64,000 nucleotides of DNA from a virus (taxonomy: Duplodnaviria > Caudoviricetes), in IMG/VR virus record IMGVR_UViG_3300010352_001202; one strand, written 5' to 3'. How positions within the stretch are numbered: position 1 is the stretch's first letter; the number at the start of each line of letters is the position of its first letter. Of the stretch, positions 54,040 to 64,000 are shown piece after piece. The notes below the pieces were generated by a model. That model did no database searches. It saw nothing but the letters and a program-made list of their open reading frames with translations, and was not told the origin of the DNA. Both the position numbers and the translations under genes were made by a program.

Positions 54040-55533
54040 ATGGTAGAATTGGATACCCTGGCAGGAAAGATTTTTTCTCTCCTAAAGGGAAATGGTTTAA
54101 AGATAAAGATTTATGACGAGGCAGGAGCAGAAACAACTGACCCTAATGTCGGTCGTCGCTTCTTTGTCACTGAACCAAACATTATGGTTACCATTGACGA
54201 AGATAGTAACAAGATTGAATTCAGCAAAGGTGCAACTGTTGACGATTCGGTAGAACACCTACAAAAAAATATTAGACGCCTTGCTGATGAATTTTTAATG
54301 AACTCTGATATTAAAGTTTTTGGTAAAACAATTCAACCAAGAGATTATGCATATCAGGCAAAACAAAAGAAGAATGATGCAGTTATGGAAAATAATCTAA
54401 GACCCGTAAATCACCACTTGCTCGGCCAGGTTTTAAAGAAGGTTAAGTATTTCGGTAACACATATGATTATCAACTTGCTGATGATTTGGGTATTGGGTT
54501 AGAAGAAATTCGTCCAGTTTTGAATAGACTCGTAACAAGCGGCAAAGTCAAGGCAGGAAAAGATTCGCATGGAGATATTATGTATTCAATAGCAGTTGAC
54601 GAAGCAGTTATGGAAAGTTTCAGCAAGATGTTTGGTTCGCTAAAGACATCTCAGCAGACATTAGAAAATGTTCGCATCCTAGTCCGTCACAAGACTCCTG
54701 TTGATGAAAATGTTCGCGGCGCCCGTTCGCGCCACATCAGCGCAATCTTCCTAGAGTGCAATGGCGAGCGTTTCCGTTTCCCACACAACTATCTACCAGG
54801 CGCAAGAGCAATGGCCCAGCACATGGCCCACGGCGGCACACCAGGCGATAAAGTTGGCGGATATATTACAGAAAGCACAGGAAATTTACTCAAGCTTCAA
54901 TCGTTCAACCGTTATGTCACAACAAACAAGCTAATCAACGAAGATAGTTCTGGTATTGTTGAAACAGTAAAGGAAAACATCGAGACCATTCGTACCGAAT
55001 TGAAGAAGCTTACTGGCGTAAAGACATATGAGACAGTTAAGGCCCGTTTAGAAACTTTTGAACGCGAGGCACTTGCCGAGGACGACACAAGTGGTCTTAA
55101 GGAACTTTTCACTATCCGTCGCTTTGATGAGAAGTTCGAAGAAGTCCTTCCTATTGTTAAGCAACTTGTTCAAGAGCGTGATACATTCCATAAGCGCATT
55201 GAAGAGGCGGCCGCAAATACTGTTATGTTGCGTCGTGAGGCTATAAATACTGTACCGATGTTCGAGTTTGCAGGCGAACATGCTCGTTTAGGATTTAAAC
55301 TCAACGAATTGGCATTAAGAATTGTTGAAAATGATGAACTTGCTGGCTTTGTTAATAAGATTGGCACTAAGCTATGTAAGGAAGGTCAGATTAATGATTT
55401 CGAGAAGGCGGTACTTACGCAAGTTCTTGAGAATGCGCAAGTAGTTGAAAAGACAGAAAGTGCAAGAAAAGAAATTAAAGAATCTGCAGACCTGTCATCT
55501 TTCTTTGATAAATACATTATGAACTTCTATTAA
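54040..55533 (+). CDS. Hypothetical late protein
   Basis: 497 aa; GATAAATA upstream. Confidence 0.7.
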   Translation: MVELDTLAGKIFSLLKGNGLKIKIYDEAGAETTDPNVGRRFFVTEPNIMVTIDEDSNKIEFSKGATVDDSVEHLQKNIRRLADEFLMNSDIKVFGKTIQPRDYAYQAKQKKNDAVMENNLRPVNHHLLGQVLKKVKYFGNTYDYQLADDLGIGLEEIRPVLNRLVTSGKVKAGKDSHGDIMYSIAVDEAVMESFSKMFGSLKTSQQTLENVRILVRHKTPVDENVRGARSRHISAIFLECNGERFRFPHNYLPGARAMAQHMAHGGTPGDKVGGYITESTGNLLKLQSFNRYVTTNKLINEDSSGIVETVKENIETIRTELKKLTGVKTYETVKARLETFEREALAEDDTSGLKELFTIRRFDEKFEEVLPIVKQLVQERDTFHKRIEEAAANTVMLRREAINTVPMFEFAGEHARLGFKLNELALRIVENDELAGFVNKIGTKLCKEGQINDFEKAVLTQVLENAQVVEKTESARKEIKESADLSSFFDKYIMNFY

Positions 55534-55540
55534 GAAGTTC

Positions 55541-55569
55541 TTGACAAACACACAATAAGTTCGTACACT
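55541..55569 (+). promoter_or_regulatory. Sigma70-type promoter for the gp32-like gene
   Basis: TTGACA-17-TACACT. Confidence 0.75.
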
Positions 55570-55681
55570 AGACACTGTACGAAATGTAGTCAGTAAGGCG
55601 TGAAAGGGTATAACGCGACCCAAGTAAGCCGTGTCTCGATTAATAGCGTTTTATTAAACTAAAGCATAGGAAAAACAAATC
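55570..55681 (+). promoter_or_regulatory. Structured gp32 leader with possible pseudoknot
   Basis: AGACAC/GTGTCT; GCGT/ACGC crossing GGGT/ACCC; AU-rich tract up to the ATG. Confidence 0.5.
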
Positions 55682-56734
55682 ATGTCTAAAACATTAGAAG
55701 AAATTCGCAAGAAGTTACAAGCACTCGAGTCACGCAAAGGTGGCGGCACACAAGGTTTCAGCGGCGATAAGGCAACTTACGCACATTGGAATATCCCAGA
55801 GGGCACATCCGCAATTCAAAGATTTCTCCCAGACGCCAACGAAGATAACACATTCTTCTGGGCTGAGAAGCAAATCATCAAGCTTCCTTTCCCTGGTATC
55901 AAGGGACAAGACGAAAGCAAGCCAGTTATTGTTCAAGTTCCATGTATCGAAATGTTTGACGGTCCAAAGACCTGTCCTGTACTGAACGAAGTCCGTCCTT
56001 GGTGGAAGGATAAGTCTCTTGAAGAGACCGCTCGTAAGTATTGGGTAAAGCGTTCGTATTACATGCAAGGTTTTGTCAAGCAAGATCCAATGAACGAACA
56101 AGATCCTCCAGAAAATCCAATCCGTAAGTACATTATGGGTCCGCAGATTTTCGCAATCATCAAGGCAGCATTACTTGATCCTGATATGACATACAGCCCT
56201 GTTGATTTAATCAACGGTACTGACTTTATCATTTCCAAGACAAGCAAGGGCGGTTTTGCCGACTACGGTACTTCGAAGTGGGCAAGAAAGGAATCCAGCA
56301 TTACTGAAGATATGCAAGCAGCTATCGACAAGTACGGTTTGGTTGATCTTTCGACATACCTACCGAAGCGTCCTACTCCGGAACAACTTGCCATCATCTA
56401 TGAAATGTTCCAAGCATCTCTAGATGGCGAATTGTATGATCCGGCACAGTGGAGCCAGCATTACAAGCCATTCGGCTTCGACGCAGCCGGCGGTGATGAT
56501 CCTGATGCAGGCGAAGGCAAGAAAGTCAACCGCAGCGCACCTGTATCGCGTCCGGCAGTTTCTACTCCTGTAGTACCTAAGGTTACACAACCTGTAGTTA
56601 CAGAAGAGTCAGAAGATCCTCCGTTCGATGTTGATGTTCCTGCTGACGATGCAACACCGGTAGCTACCACAGCAGCACCGGCTGGTAAATCTCCTCAAGA
56701 AATCCTGGCAATGCTCAGAAATCGTAATAAATGA
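55682..56734 (+). CDS. Single-stranded DNA-binding protein (gp32-like)
   Basis: RFLP, C...CPV, G.DF...K, YGTSKW; acidic tail. Confidence 0.88.
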   Translation: MSKTLEEIRKKLQALESRKGGGTQGFSGDKATYAHWNIPEGTSAIQRFLPDANEDNTFFWAEKQIIKLPFPGIKGQDESKPVIVQVPCIEMFDGPKTCPVLNEVRPWWKDKSLEETARKYWVKRSYYMQGFVKQDPMNEQDPPENPIRKYIMGPQIFAIIKAALLDPDMTYSPVDLINGTDFIISKTSKGGFADYGTSKWARKESSITEDMQAAIDKYGLVDLSTYLPKRPTPEQLAIIYEMFQASLDGELYDPAQWSQHYKPFGFDAAGGDDPDAGEGKKVNRSAPVSRPAVSTPVVPKVTQPVVTEESEDPPFDVDVPADDATPVATTAAPAGKSPQEILAMLRNRNK

Positions 56735-56764
56735 TAATAGTGGGGTTCGCCCCACTTTAATTTT

Positions 56765-57262
56765 ATGAAAAATTCTGCCAGGCAATTTGCTTTAGATAAT
56801 AATCTTTCTACATATATTTCAGAAAAGGCATGTAAGAGAGGTCATTTTGCTCCTAGGAGAGTAAAAGATTCGGCGTGTACTGAATGTGAACAATTGCGCA
56901 AATCATCAGCATATTATGAAAAATATAAAACCGATGAGAATGCATTTCGCAAACAATTTTCTGATTTACGTAATAGAGCAAAAAAGAATAATATACCATT
57001 CTCTATAATTTTTGAAGATATAGAAAAACCGGAATATTGTCCTATTTTAGGAATTAAACTTCATTACGGTATAAATCATTATTCTGATGAATTAAAATGG
57101 CGCAAAAATCCTAATAAAGCAAGTTTTGATAAACTAGATCCATTATTAGGCTATGTACCTGGCAATGTATTCGTAATTAGTCTGCGAGCAAACAGATTAA
57201 AGAATAATTCAACAATTGGCGAGATAGAAAATATACTTGCCTATATGAAAAGGAATAAATGA
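56765..57262 (+). mobile_element. HNH-like endonuclease
   Basis: CKRGH...CTEC; CPILG...SFDKLDP..GYVPGNV.VIS.RAN..K. Confidence 0.85.
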
Positions 57263-57263
57263 C

Positions 57264-58358
57264 ATGGCCAAGCCATTTGATATTTCTAAGTTCAGAAAAA
57301 ATCTGACAAAAAGCATTACAGGTATTTCTACGGGGTTTAACGATCCCGACATATGGGTTAGCACAGGCTCATATGGTTTAAATTATCTTATCAGCGGGGA
57401 TTTCTTTCGCGGAGTTCCTATGGGTAAGGTTACTGTGTTTGCAGGTGAATCGGGTGCAGGTAAGTCCTACATTGTTTCTGGTAACATTGCAAAGGCTGCG
57501 CAAGAGCAAGGTATTTTCGTTGTTATGATTGACTCTGAAAATGCACTTGACGAAGGTTGGCTAAAGCCGCTTGGCGTAGACACAAGCGAAGAAAAGATGT
57601 TGCGTATCAGCGCATCTATGATTGACGAAGTTGCAAAGATTGTTCACGACTTTGTTACTGAATACAAGACAAATTATCTGGATCTTCCTAGAGCAGAGCG
57701 TCCTAAGATTATGTTCATTATCGACTCGCTTGGTATGCTGCTTACTCCGACTGAAGTAAATCAGTTCGAAGCAGGCGATATGAAGGGAGACATGGGACGC
57801 AAGGCAAAGCAGCTGAAAGCTTTCGTTTCAAACTGTGTAAACATGTTTGGTGATTTGAATATCGGTATGGTTGTTACAAATCACACCTATGCGAGTCAAG
57901 ACATGTTCGATCCCGATGACAAGATTTCCGGCGGTTCAGGCTTCATGTTTGCTTCGAGCATTATCGTTGCAATGAAGAAGTACAAGCTGAAGGAAGACGA
58001 GGACGGTAACAAGGTTACAGAAGTAAAGGGTATCAGAGCAACTTGCAAAGTTGTTAAGACTCGATACGCAAAACCGTTTGAATCAATTAAGATTGATATC
58101 CCTTGGGAATCTGGTATGAACCCGATTTCCGGATTGTTTGACCTGTTTGAGAAATCAGGAGTGTTAACCAAAGAGGGCAATCGTTATAAGTATACATCAA
58201 AGCGCACCGGCGCAGAGATGAAGTATTTCCGCAAGGAATGGAATGACTTGGAGAAGATGAAAGTCATTATGGACGAATTTACAGGCGACGATTTCAAGGT
58301 AGTAATCTCCGATTCTGCCGAAGACGGAATCAATGTGCCTGTAGTATCAGAGGAGTAA
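57264..58358 (+). CDS. uvsX: UvsX/RecA-like recombinase
   Basis: GESGAGKS, IDSE, IIDSLG, TNHTY, SGG. Confidence 0.95.
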   Translation: MAKPFDISKFRKNLTKSITGISTGFNDPDIWVSTGSYGLNYLISGDFFRGVPMGKVTVFAGESGAGKSYIVSGNIAKAAQEQGIFVVMIDSENALDEGWLKPLGVDTSEEKMLRISASMIDEVAKIVHDFVTEYKTNYLDLPRAERPKIMFIIDSLGMLLTPTEVNQFEAGDMKGDMGRKAKQLKAFVSNCVNMFGDLNIGMVVTNHTYASQDMFDPDDKISGGSGFMFASSIIVAMKKYKLKEDEDGNKVTEVKGIRATCKVVKTRYAKPFESIKIDIPWESGMNPISGLFDLFEKSGVLTKEGNRYKYTSKRTGAEMKYFRKEWNDLEKMKVIMDEFTGDDFKVVISDSAEDGINVPVVSEE

Positions 58359-58361
58359 GTT

Positions 58362-58610
58362 ATGGTAAACGATAATCATGAACTGTTGTTGGAACTGTGG
58401 GCTAGAATCAAGTCCCATGTGTCTCCAAAAGAAAGATTAGAAGTAGCAGATATTTTTGTTGTTGTATTCGATGAGTTCGGTCTTGTAGATGAAAATCTAT
58501 TAGATGAAGACTTAGATAAAGAAATGCGTGCAGCAGCAAGAAGCCATTTGTCGGAAGAAGTTGACTACGATGAGGAGTATGACGATGACGACAACGGCCA
58601 CGGCTTCTGA
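58362..58610 (+). CDS. Acidic hypothetical protein
   Basis: 82 aa; GAGGAG SD. Confidence 0.7.
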   Translation: MVNDNHELLLELWARIKSHVSPKERLEVADIFVVVFDEFGLVDENLLDEDLDKEMRAAARSHLSEEVDYDEEYDDDDNGHGF

Positions 58611-58899
58611 ATTCGGAAAGACATTACTCGAAACGATTAAGAGCAAGGATGTTCTGAACACCATTACGCAAGTCCAGCAGTACAAAGAGAATATGAGAGA
58701 TGTTACTGTGGGTGCTGACTACGTTACCTGGATTTCAGAACCTGTTAATCTGACTTTGGTACATAAGGCCTTAGCAGAAGACTTAGGAGTCCCTCCGCGT
58801 GTTCTAGCAATCAGACGAGCACAGATGTCAAGACCTCAGAGAGCATATCTGTTGGTGCAAGCAATGGAATTAGGAATTAAGAAAGTACACAAATTGTGA
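58585..58899 (+). CDS. Hypothetical protein
   Basis: GAGGAG SD before ATG 58585. Confidence 0.6.
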   Translation: MTTTATASEFGKTLLETIKSKDVLNTITQVQQYKENMRDVTVGADYVTWISEPVNLTLVHKALAEDLGVPPRVLAIRRAQMSRPQRAYLLVQAMELGIKKVHKL

Positions 58900-59357
58900 G
58901 TTCATGGTATTACAAGGTCACAGCAGATCTTTCTAATGTACCTGCCTTTATAGAACACTTCGAGGAAGAGCTGGAGACAGCTCGTATGGAGTTATCTTTA
59001 AAAGGTAAGTCATTGGAAAGGCATGCGGCTGAGTTGCCCGGATTAGTGGAACACAGATATTCGCAGCTACAAGAAATTGAAGCTATTCTAGAATATCTTA
59101 ATATTCAGTTGCGTAAAGACAGATCTATCGAATTTAAAAAGTTCTTAGAGGCGTACAATAAGACGCTGAGTTCGCGAGATGCAGAAAAGTATGTTGATGG
59201 TGTAGCATCAATTGTTGATTCAACATTGTTGATAAATGAAATTGCATTGTTGCGAAATAAGTATCTAGGAATAACAAAGGGCATGGAAGCAAAGAATTTC
59301 ATGACCGGGCATATTATAAAATTAAGGGCGGCCGGATTGGATGATGCGAGTATCTAA
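58896..59357 (+). CDS. uvsY: UvsY-like recombination mediator
   Basis: Helical; DAEKYVDG...IIKLR; lies between uvsX and uvsW. Confidence 0.75.
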   Translation: MSSWYYKVTADLSNVPAFIEHFEEELETARMELSLKGKSLERHAAELPGLVEHRYSQLQEIEAILEYLNIQLRKDRSIEFKKFLEAYNKTLSSRDAEKYVDGVASIVDSTLLINEIALLRNKYLGITKGMEAKNFMTGHIIKLRAAGLDDASI

Positions 59358-59737
59358 TGGCAACAGAAAACGAAATAGAAAGATGGATTAAATCAAAACC
59401 ATTCCAGTACTGGATATGTAAGTATTTTAGTCATCTATGGATTAAGCCACCGACTCGTTCGGTAGAAGATCATCAAAAAATTCAAATAACAGTTGTTGTA
59501 GGAATTCTTTGTACTCTTTCTGATTATTTTGGCGGAACTCTAGAACACCAGCCAATAGATGTTATTCGCAATGTTTTATATTCAACCGAGGGAAGATATA
59601 GCCCCGGCAGTGTTAAGATTTTAGAAAATAATCTTAATTGGATTAAGACTCACCCACAAGCTGAAAATTGGCAGCGCATCCATGCCAGTGAAGAATTAAC
59701 AGCCATAGAAGACAGGATGTGGAATAAATTATATTAA
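59357..59737 (+). CDS. Hypothetical protein
   Basis: 126 aa coupled ORF. Confidence 0.55.
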   Translation: MATENEIERWIKSKPFQYWICKYFSHLWIKPPTRSVEDHQKIQITVVVGILCTLSDYFGGTLEHQPIDVIRNVLYSTEGRYSPGSVKILENNLNWIKTHPQAENWQRIHASEELTAIEDRMWNKLY

Positions 59738-59748
59738 AAGGAGGCAAT

Positions 59749-59949
59749 ATGCCGAGAAATATTCACGAAGATTTACAGAACCATCACGACACCAAATCAC
59801 ATACATTTAACACAACATTTGGTATGAATCCACCATATACAAAAGAGCAGAGTGCAATTATTGATTTAGAAACAAAGGTTGCCGAATTAGAAGCACAATG
59901 TCGTATCATGGTGTCGCATATCGGGGCATTAGAGACAAAATCTAAGTAA
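59749..59949 (+). CDS. Small hypothetical protein
   Basis: AGGAGG SD. Confidence 0.6.
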   Translation: MPRNIHEDLQNHHDTKSHTFNTTFGMNPPYTKEQSAIIDLETKVAELEAQCRIMVSHIGALETKSK

Positions 59950-60587
59950 TGTTCTATACCTATGCTTATATAAGATCAAAAGATTCTGCTACAGCAAAGG
60001 CAGGAACTCCGTATTATATAGGCAAAGGCAAAGGCAATCGTGCATACGAATGGCGTAAAAATGTGCCTAAACCCAAAAACAACAATTTTATTATCTTATT
60101 AGAAACTAATCTAACAGAGACAGGTGCATTAGCACTCGAGCGTAGATTGATAAAGTGGTGGGGAAGAAAAGATTTAGGTACGGGTATTCTTCTTAACAGA
60201 ACAGACGGCGGTGAGGGGCTAACTGGCAGACAACCATCGGCCGTTGGTAAGAAACATACAATCGAGACTCGGCAGAAGATGTCACGGATTAGAAAAGAAA
60301 ATCCGTTAACAGAAAAGCAGTTAGATGTTCTTAGAAAAATGGCTGAACATAATAAGGATGGTAAATCGTGGAACAGTGGTGTTTCTACAGGTCCGCGAAC
60401 TTTCGATCAGAATGAGAATAACAGGCAGGCTCAGCTAGCTAGATGGTCTGTAGCTAAAGAACAAAGAGACGAAGAGTATTTTAAAAATCCGACCTATTGT
60501 TGTCACTGTAAACTGGTTCTATCTTTCAGAAAAAGACATAAGCAATATTGCGACAAAACATGTTCCAGCAAGGCTAGACGAAAATGA
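59949..60587 (+). mobile_element. GIY-YIG endonuclease with NUMOD3
   Basis: YTYAY...PYYIGKG...R...E..LI...N.TDGGEG; GKKHTIETR. Confidence 0.9.
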
Positions 60588-62038
60588 AAACAAAATTAGA
60601 AATTGTCGATGAAGTGAATGTTCGCTTCCATGATTTAGATGTTGTATGCCGTCGCAAAATGGTAGAGGCACTAGAATATTTTATTCCATCGGCACAATAC
60701 ACTCCGGCCTACCGGCTGGGACGATGGTCGGGAAAAATGTCGTATGCAGACATCGGCGGTCGTTCATATCTAAATCTATTAGATAAACTCTTACCCATTG
60801 TGCAACAGCACGGTTATGAAATTGAGATCGATGACCAGCGCGAGCAGCATTCTTTTGAATTTGAAAAAGTCGATGAAGATAGCTACAGCCACATTAGCTG
60901 GCCCAAAGGGCATCCACTTGCTGGACAACCTATCAAGATCAAGGAACATCAACTTGATGTAATTAACTCTTACCTTGAGAACATCACAGGCATTAACATT
61001 GCCCCGACAGGCTCGGGAAAGACCCTAATTACGGCGATTCTTAGCCATAAGGCCGAACCTTATGGCCGCACGATAGTTATTGTGCCTACAAAGGATTTAG
61101 TCACACAAACAGAAGAAGATTACATTAACCTTGGATTAGATGTAGGTGTCTATTACGGCGATAGAAAAGAATATCGCAAGACCCACACAATTTGTACATG
61201 GCAAAGCTTAGAAAGCCTAGCAAAGAAATCAAAAGAAACCGAGCTAGAGATTTATATCGAAGATTTCTTCGAGGGCGTGGTGTGCGTCATAGTGGACGAG
61301 GTACACAAGGCGAAAGCCGATGTATTGAGAAAACTGTTATCGACTTATTTGGCTAAAGCACCTATTCGCTGGGGTCTTACTGGTACAATGCCGGAAGAAG
61401 ACTTTGAAAAGGTAGGCGTTATCGCTTGTATCGGCCCTATGCTGGGTAGAATCAATACAAAAGATCTTCAAGATAGCGGAATCCTTGCACAGTTGCATGT
61501 GAATGTGTGGCAACTACAAGACTTAGGTGAAGCAGCATTTGATAACTATCAATCCGAACTGAAATGGTTAACTACTAATCCGGCACGGCTAAAATATCTT
61601 GCCAAGCAAGTGGAAGAAATGGCCGAGACCGGCAACACACTTATATTGGTAGATCGCATTGAGACTGGAGAAAAGTTACAATCACTTATACCGGGCTCGA
61701 TTTTCGTTTCCGGTAAGATGAAGTCAAAGGACAGAAAAGCCGAGTATAAAGAAGTTCAGGAAGTAGACGGGAAGATTATTATTGCTACATATGGTGTAGC
61801 ATCTACAGGCATTAACATCGTCCGTATTTTTAATCTTGTTCTATTTGAAGCAGGTAAGAGCTTTGTGAGAGTAATTCAAAGTATAGGTCGTGGCATTCGT
61901 GTTGCACCAGATAAGGACTTTGTAAACATCTATGATGTTTGCTCGAACTGTAAGTTCTCAAAGAGGCACCTAACAAAGCGCAAGAAGTTCTATACAGAGG
62001 CACAATATCCATTTAGTATTAAGAAGGTGCAGTATTGA
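60584..62038 (+). CDS. uvsW: UvsW-like SF2 DNA helicase
   Basis: [24 protein letters not shown]. Confidence 0.93.
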   Translation: MKTKLEIVDEVNVRFHDLDVVCRRKMVEALEYFIPSAQYTPAYRLGRWSGKMSYADIGGRSYLNLLDKLLPIVQQHGYEIEIDDQREQHSFEFEKVDEDSYSHISWPKGHPLAGQPIKIKEHQLDVINSYLENITGINIAPTGSGKTLITAILSHKAEPYGRTIVIVPTKDLVTQTEEDYINLGLDVGVYYGDRKEYRKTHTICTWQSLESLAKKSKETELEIYIEDFFEGVVCVIVDEVHKAKADVLRKLLSTYLAKAPIRWGLTGTMPEEDFEKVGVIACIGPMLGRINTKDLQDSGILAQLHVNVWQLQDLGEAAFDNYQSELKWLTTNPARLKYLAKQVEEMAETGNTLILVDRIETGEKLQSLIPGSIFVSGKMKSKDRKAEYKEVQEVDGKIIIATYGVASTGINIVRIFNLVLFEAGKSFVRVIQSIGRGIRVAPDKDFVNIYDVCSNCKFSKRHLTKRKKFYTEAQYPFSIKKVQY

Positions 62039-62376
62039 AAACTATTGAAACAGAAATATCTTGGGGATATTTGCCATTAATAGAAATATTTGCAAAAGCA
62101 AATAGTTTAGTTTTGAAATTTGAGCCAAGGTATACAACTGAACCAACTCGTGAATTTATAACAATTCATTATGAGGAAAATTCCGATACTGATATAACGA
62201 TTACCTGGTTGTCGTTTAAGCATCTCGGATTTAACAATATGTTGTGTGATTATTTAATAAGATGTAATGTGGAACCTATGATGATTCCAATAGGAAAAGT
62301 CGTAATGAGAAAAGATCCAGAGCTGGCAGAAAAAGAATGGCAAGAACATAGAAGGAAAATTGGGCTCACAAGATGA
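62035..62376 (+). CDS. Hypothetical protein
   Basis: 113 aa coupled ORF. Confidence 0.55.
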   Translation: MKTIETEISWGYLPLIEIFAKANSLVLKFEPRYTTEPTREFITIHYEENSDTDITITWLSFKHLGFNNMLCDYLIRCNVEPMMIPIGKVVMRKDPELAEKEWQEHRRKIGLTR

Positions 62377-62876
62377 ATATTTTAACAAATGAAAACAGGG
62401 CTTACAACTTAGATAAGATCCCGAACGAAATAGAAGACATTAGGTATTGCGTATTAGATTATTCGGATCCTAAGAATCCTGATTACTTTTTTATACCATT
62501 AATCTTCCTGGAAAGCTTTTATGCACCAGCTGTTGTTCTAAAGATAGGCGAATATACTGTACAAATGCCGCTTGATTGGTCTATACTTGTATGCGATGAG
62601 GACTATAGTGATTTAGAGCTAATGCCACTCACAAGTTTAAATGATCGTGGATTTCACACCATGGTTTTTAATCCACTAAGGCATATGGTACCAAGACCAC
62701 AAGAAGTAAACATTACAAATGTCTACGCAGAAGTGAAATGGTATTTCCCTAAGTTAAAGAACGGAAACATTTTAGTTGTTCCTGTAGAAGATAAACCTCA
62801 TCCTAACTGTGTATTATTTGTAAAGGAAGTTAGTAAACTTCCCGATGTGATTGATATGGGAGCACTCTTTGAGTAA
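62373..62876 (+). CDS. Hypothetical protein
   Basis: 167 aa ORF in the replication block. Confidence 0.7.
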   Translation: MNILTNENRAYNLDKIPNEIEDIRYCVLDYSDPKNPDYFFIPLIFLESFYAPAVVLKIGEYTVQMPLDWSILVCDEDYSDLELMPLTSLNDRGFHTMVFNPLRHMVPRPQEVNITNVYAEVKWYFPKLKNGNILVVPVEDKPHPNCVLFVKEVSKLPDVIDMGALFE

Positions 62877-63423
62877 CGAAGTAGGTGATTGGATTGAAGG
62901 TTTTTATCAAATGAACCCAGATGCGGTTCGAGTTGATGATGAGCCTAAGAAGAAAAAGAAAGAAAGTACACTGACATTGCAAGTTGAGTTACCTGCAATG
63001 GATTTGCGTAACATGGACTTCTATGCGAAGTTATCTGATGAGCACAAGAAAGAAATCAGCTTATGGGTGCTAATGAGATTCATGAGTTCATCGCAAGGTG
63101 CAACAGAACACCATATAATGATGGTTAATGATGTTGTAAATCATAACTTCAGCAATATTTCCAAGCATCCGGAATTGCAATGGAAGTTATTGGCATTGTG
63201 CGGCACAGGTAAGAAACAATTCCATCCATGGATCGCCCCACCTAGGGGCATCAAAAAGAATAAGTTAGAAGAAGCAGTTCTAAAGCATTACCCGTTACTT
63301 AAAGATAGCGATTTGGAATTATTACTCAAACTAAATACCCAAGCAGATTGGGAAGCATTCTTTAAAGACAACGGATACGACGACAAAACAATTAAGGAAC
63401 TGTTCAACACTAAGGGTAAATAA
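62869..63423 (+). CDS. Putative clamp-loader small subunit (gp62-like)
   Basis: LMRFMS...VN...LQW...KKQFHPWI pattern. Confidence 0.55.
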   Translation: MSNEVGDWIEGFYQMNPDAVRVDDEPKKKKKESTLTLQVELPAMDLRNMDFYAKLSDEHKKEISLWVLMRFMSSSQGATEHHIMMVNDVVNHNFSNISKHPELQWKLLALCGTGKKQFHPWIAPPRGIKKNKLEEAVLKHYPLLKDSDLELLLKLNTQADWEAFFKDNGYDDKTIKELFNTKGK

Positions 63424-63425
63424 CT

Positions 63426-64000
63426 GTGTTGGCAAAAAAGAAAATGGATCAAGACTTCAGCTGTAAGTTTTGCGGAAATAAATTTCATAAGGAAACTACA
63501 CTAGCCACCCATATGTGCGTTAAGAAAAGACGCCATATGGAGCTCGGTGCTTCTGGATCGAGATTTGGTTTCCGTACATTCCAACGATTCTACGAGTTGA
63601 CAACTCAATCAAAGAAACTAAAATCCACAGACGATTTTATCAATAGTCCCTACTATATCGACTTTGTAAAGTTTGGTAATCATCTAGCATTACTAAAGCC
63701 AGTTCATATTGACAAGTATATCGATTTTGTTATTATGAATGGAGTAAAGTTAAAAGATTGGACAAAGGATTTTGTGTATGACCTCTATATTGAGGATCTA
63801 CTCAAAAAAGAACCCGCTGTAAGTGCAACCGAGAGAACCATTACAGAGATAATGGAATGGTGTGATAGGAATACCGTTGAGTTTGATAAATTCTTTTCGA
63901 CAGTAAATGCAAATGAAGCAGCACACCTGATTAGAACAGGCAGAATTAGTCCATGGGTCTTATATCTTAGTTCAACCGGCGAACAGTTAATGTCCCGTTT
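63426..64000 (+). CDS. Partial hypothetical protein with N-terminal Zn finger
   Basis: CKFC...THMC; open to the end of the window. Confidence 0.65.
   Translation, partial: MLAKKKMDQDFSCKFCGNKFHKETTLATHMCVKKRRHMELGASGSRFGFRTFQRFYELTTQSKKLKSTDDFINSPYYIDFVKFGNHLALLKPVHIDKYIDFVIMNGVKLKDWTKDFVYDLYIEDLLKKEPAVSATERTITEIMEWCDRNTVEFDKFFSTVNANEAAHLIRTGRISPWVLYLSSTGEQLMSR

Noticed and set aside
52433-62038. Inteins or group I introns in terminase, UvsX or UvsW
   Set aside because: Proteins are of normal length, with contiguous motifs and no splicing signatures.
1-64000. Stop-codon reassignment (alternative genetic code)
   Set aside because: Core genes are full length under code 11, ORFs end in TAA, TAG and TGA, and no suppressor anticodon was found.
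1-64000. CRISPR array or cas genes; reading the CAGCAA modules as CRISPR repeats
   Set aside because: No regularly spaced identical repeats. The modules are dispersed, covary in sequence and enclose inserts of very different length.

Overview
64 kb of a large T4-related (jumbo-type) myophage genome, nearly all on the + strand. About 1-33 kb is an accessory/RNA region. It holds 21 tRNAs (all with encoded CCA, several non-canonical), about 10 free-standing endonuclease genes, an Rnl2/DRB0094-type RNA ligase, Pth2, NADAR, DHFR, a DUF2828 (TROVE-like + vWA) protein and many unannotated structured RNAs. About 33-64 kb holds rIIA/rIIB, neck, sheath, tube, head-completion and terminase genes, and a gp32-UvsX-UvsY-UvsW block. 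Main finding: six intergenic RNAs share one module, a 7-bp AG...CT(G) closing helix plus NNWCAGCAA, and each carries a different cargo. The cargoes are a circularly permuted tRNA (YrlA Y-RNA architecture), an isolated Thr anticodon stem-loop, three multi-hairpin domains, and none at all in the copy sitting in the 5' leader of the DUF2828 gene. This suggests a Ro60/Y-RNA-like RNP system built on DUF2828 (inference). Second finding: four endonuclease insertions left the old 5' end of their target (tRNA-Leu, tRNA-Ala, RNA ligase, exonuclease) upstream and supplied a recoded copy downstream. All calls are from motif recognition and manual folding; no searches were run.
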